A stretch of 63,356 nucleotides of DNA, counting the filler, from Octopus bimaculoides (taxonomy: Eukaryota): the NCBI RefSeq assembly GCF_001194135.2. It is 4 parts of 4 records of this genome, joined end to end, with 100 filler letters (N's around TTAATTAATTAA, not from the genome) between each part and the next. Parts side by side here need not be neighbours in the genome. Positions count along the whole stretch, not along the records: positions 61,522 to 63,356 come from NC_068981.1; 3 more parts are not named here. One strand, 5' to 3'. Below, one piece after another: positions 61,422 through 63,356 of this stretch; the stretch's first letter is position 1; every line of letters starts with the position of its first letter. The notes under the pieces are model-generated. The model was not told where the DNA came from. It made no database searches and was given only the letters and a program-made list of their open reading frames with translations. Position numbers and translations under genes: made by a program.

Positions 61422-62403
61422 NNNNNNNNNNNNNNNNNNNNNNNNNNNNNNNNNNNNNNNNNNNNTTAATTAATTAANNNNNNNNNNNNNNNNNNNNNNN
61501 NNNNNNNNNNNNNNNNNNNNNTATATATATATATATATATATGCGTACGTTTGTGTTTGTGCACATATACACACACTACCATAATTATATATCAGTATAT
61601 AAGCATGCATAAATAAATTAATGTATATTTATATCAATGTAGATTTTATGACTCTGAGATCAGTGTGTCCCTAGTCTTTGTGTCTCTAATTTTTCCAAAA
61701 ATATTTATTTGTAGATATTAGAATTTGCTCCTATTTGTAAATTGGCAAAATTTTAAAATATTCTGGGAAGGACATTAATTTGTAACCTTAATTTCCTTGA
61801 GATAATTATCCATGTAAATCCATGAAATATTGTCTTTGATATTTCTTGCTATCGTACAAATGCATTAATAACTATGACTGACCATATGATATTTGAGTAT
61901 GCACTCGCAATCACACCCACACTTTCTTGCATATGCTTTCAGGCAAGAAACTCTCAGTTATTAAGGTCAATCTAACCGAAGATTCTATCCCTTTAAAGAT
62001 ATGATTCTCGTTCAGAAAATGTGATATGTATCATCCGTGATAATTACTGGTATTCATGATTTTCTATTTTTTTTTTTTTTGTTATCGATCATTGGAGTAT
62101 GTTGTGTTAGAGAATGTCAAGTTACATAAATTTATGACTTCTAGAATATTAACTCTTTCGTTTTATGTTCGTATCCTGACGGCTATTATTTAATATTCTA
62201 AACGAAGCGTAACAATACAGAGAACAACAATTACATTGTGGGGCACATGATAATATCTTACTACCCACTTGCGCGAACACTGTTTTTTACATTATATATA
62301 GAAATGATATATCTCTTTTGCACACATAGGCACACAGAGATACCCATACCGCAAACACTCATGCACGGATATATATATATATATATATATAAGTAAAATA
62401 TTA

Positions 62404-62434
<31 letters not shown>

Positions 62435-62710
62435 GAATATATATGTGTGTGTATATATGTATGTATATGATCAAAATTATAAGACAGGGAAATAATTTAA
62501 CACGTGTTTAATGATTCCTTATAATCATATACACAACACACATAGATAGAGAGTGAGAGAAAGAGAGAGAAAGAGACGGAGAGATGGAAATAGCTGAATA
62601 CATAGAAAGGTATAGATATAAATATACATATATACTATGTATGTATATATATATCGAAGCATTTATGTATGTATTTATCTATCTATTTATCTCCCTACCT
62701 CTCTCTCTCC

Positions 62711-62747
<37 letters not shown>

Positions 62748-63356
62748 NNNNNNNNNNNNNNNNNNNNNNNNNNNNNNNNNNNNNNNATATATATACACCC
62801 ACACATAAACATGTACACCTGTGAACGCACTGGCATTTCAGTGAAGACTTTAACACTCACCAATATATTTTATTCGTTTTTTGTGGGTATTATGTTACGT
62901 ATAATCATGGTTTTGTTTTAACCGGAAGACAACTTATTTTAGTGCGTGGGCAACATTAACCGTTGGCTTCTCTTAGAAAATTTCTTCTGACAATCGGAAG
63001 AGAGTATATTGATGTCCTCCGTCCCCCAAATATGTTTGATTGCCATCTGTATATTTGTTCCACACGGGTAAACTTTATATGATGACTTTGAATGTGCACG
63101 TGGTGCAGCTGACATACAAATGCATGTGAGTATGTGAGCGCGCGCTGCCTGTGTGTATAACCGTTTAGTTCAGGAGAGTCAGATGTAGTATAACCAAGTG
63201 TTAATTAAAGGTATTACCACAACAAGCAGGTGAGGGCTTATTATAACTACTAGAGATATAGCGTAATATTATATATAATAAAGTTATTCGGTCGAGTTTT
63301 CGAAACCTAAAAACCTCATGTCAAGTATTGCATTCCATTTAAAGTATATATATATA

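Noticed and set aside
62977-63067. Plus-strand exon candidate KFLLTIGREYIDVLRPPNMFDCHLYICSTR
   Set aside because: Plausible acceptor and donor, but minus-strand frames are open too and the peptide is not recognised.
1-63356. Most ORF-track entries (poly HT, CV, YI, K, E, F, X runs)
   Set aside because: They are translations of (CA)n, (TA)n, (TATG)n, trinucleotide tracts or N gaps.

Overview
AT-rich, microsatellite-dense, gapped eukaryotic genomic DNA. The SINE families look like those I recall from Octopus/coleoid cephalopod genomes (recall only, not a database result). No intact protein-coding gene can be called, and almost all ORF-track entries are microsatellite or gap artefacts. The window is mostly intron or intergenic sequence filled with decayed mobile elements: tRNA-derived SINEs (3-4 families), three mariner remnants, LINE fragments (Tx1-like, R4/Dong-like, RTE x3, CR1-like) and five Penelope-like element (PLE) fragments from apparently four clades. 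The most striking signal is the density of hammerhead ribozyme (HHR) motifs. These include a canonical type I HHR at 42.2 kb and a pair of different HHRs at 51.6/52.0 kb that would excise a 381-nt RNA. There is also a tRNA-head + HHR cassette at a PLE 3' end (19 kb) whose HHR tail recurs at 4.5 and 18.1 kb, and a three-copy family with a shared non-canonical core (CUGU-N-GAA). Several foldback elements have outward-facing AATAAA arms. A probable bidirectional promoter with divergent first-exon donors lies at about 59.2-59.5 kb. All RNA structures were folded by eye and all protein assignments come from motif recognition.
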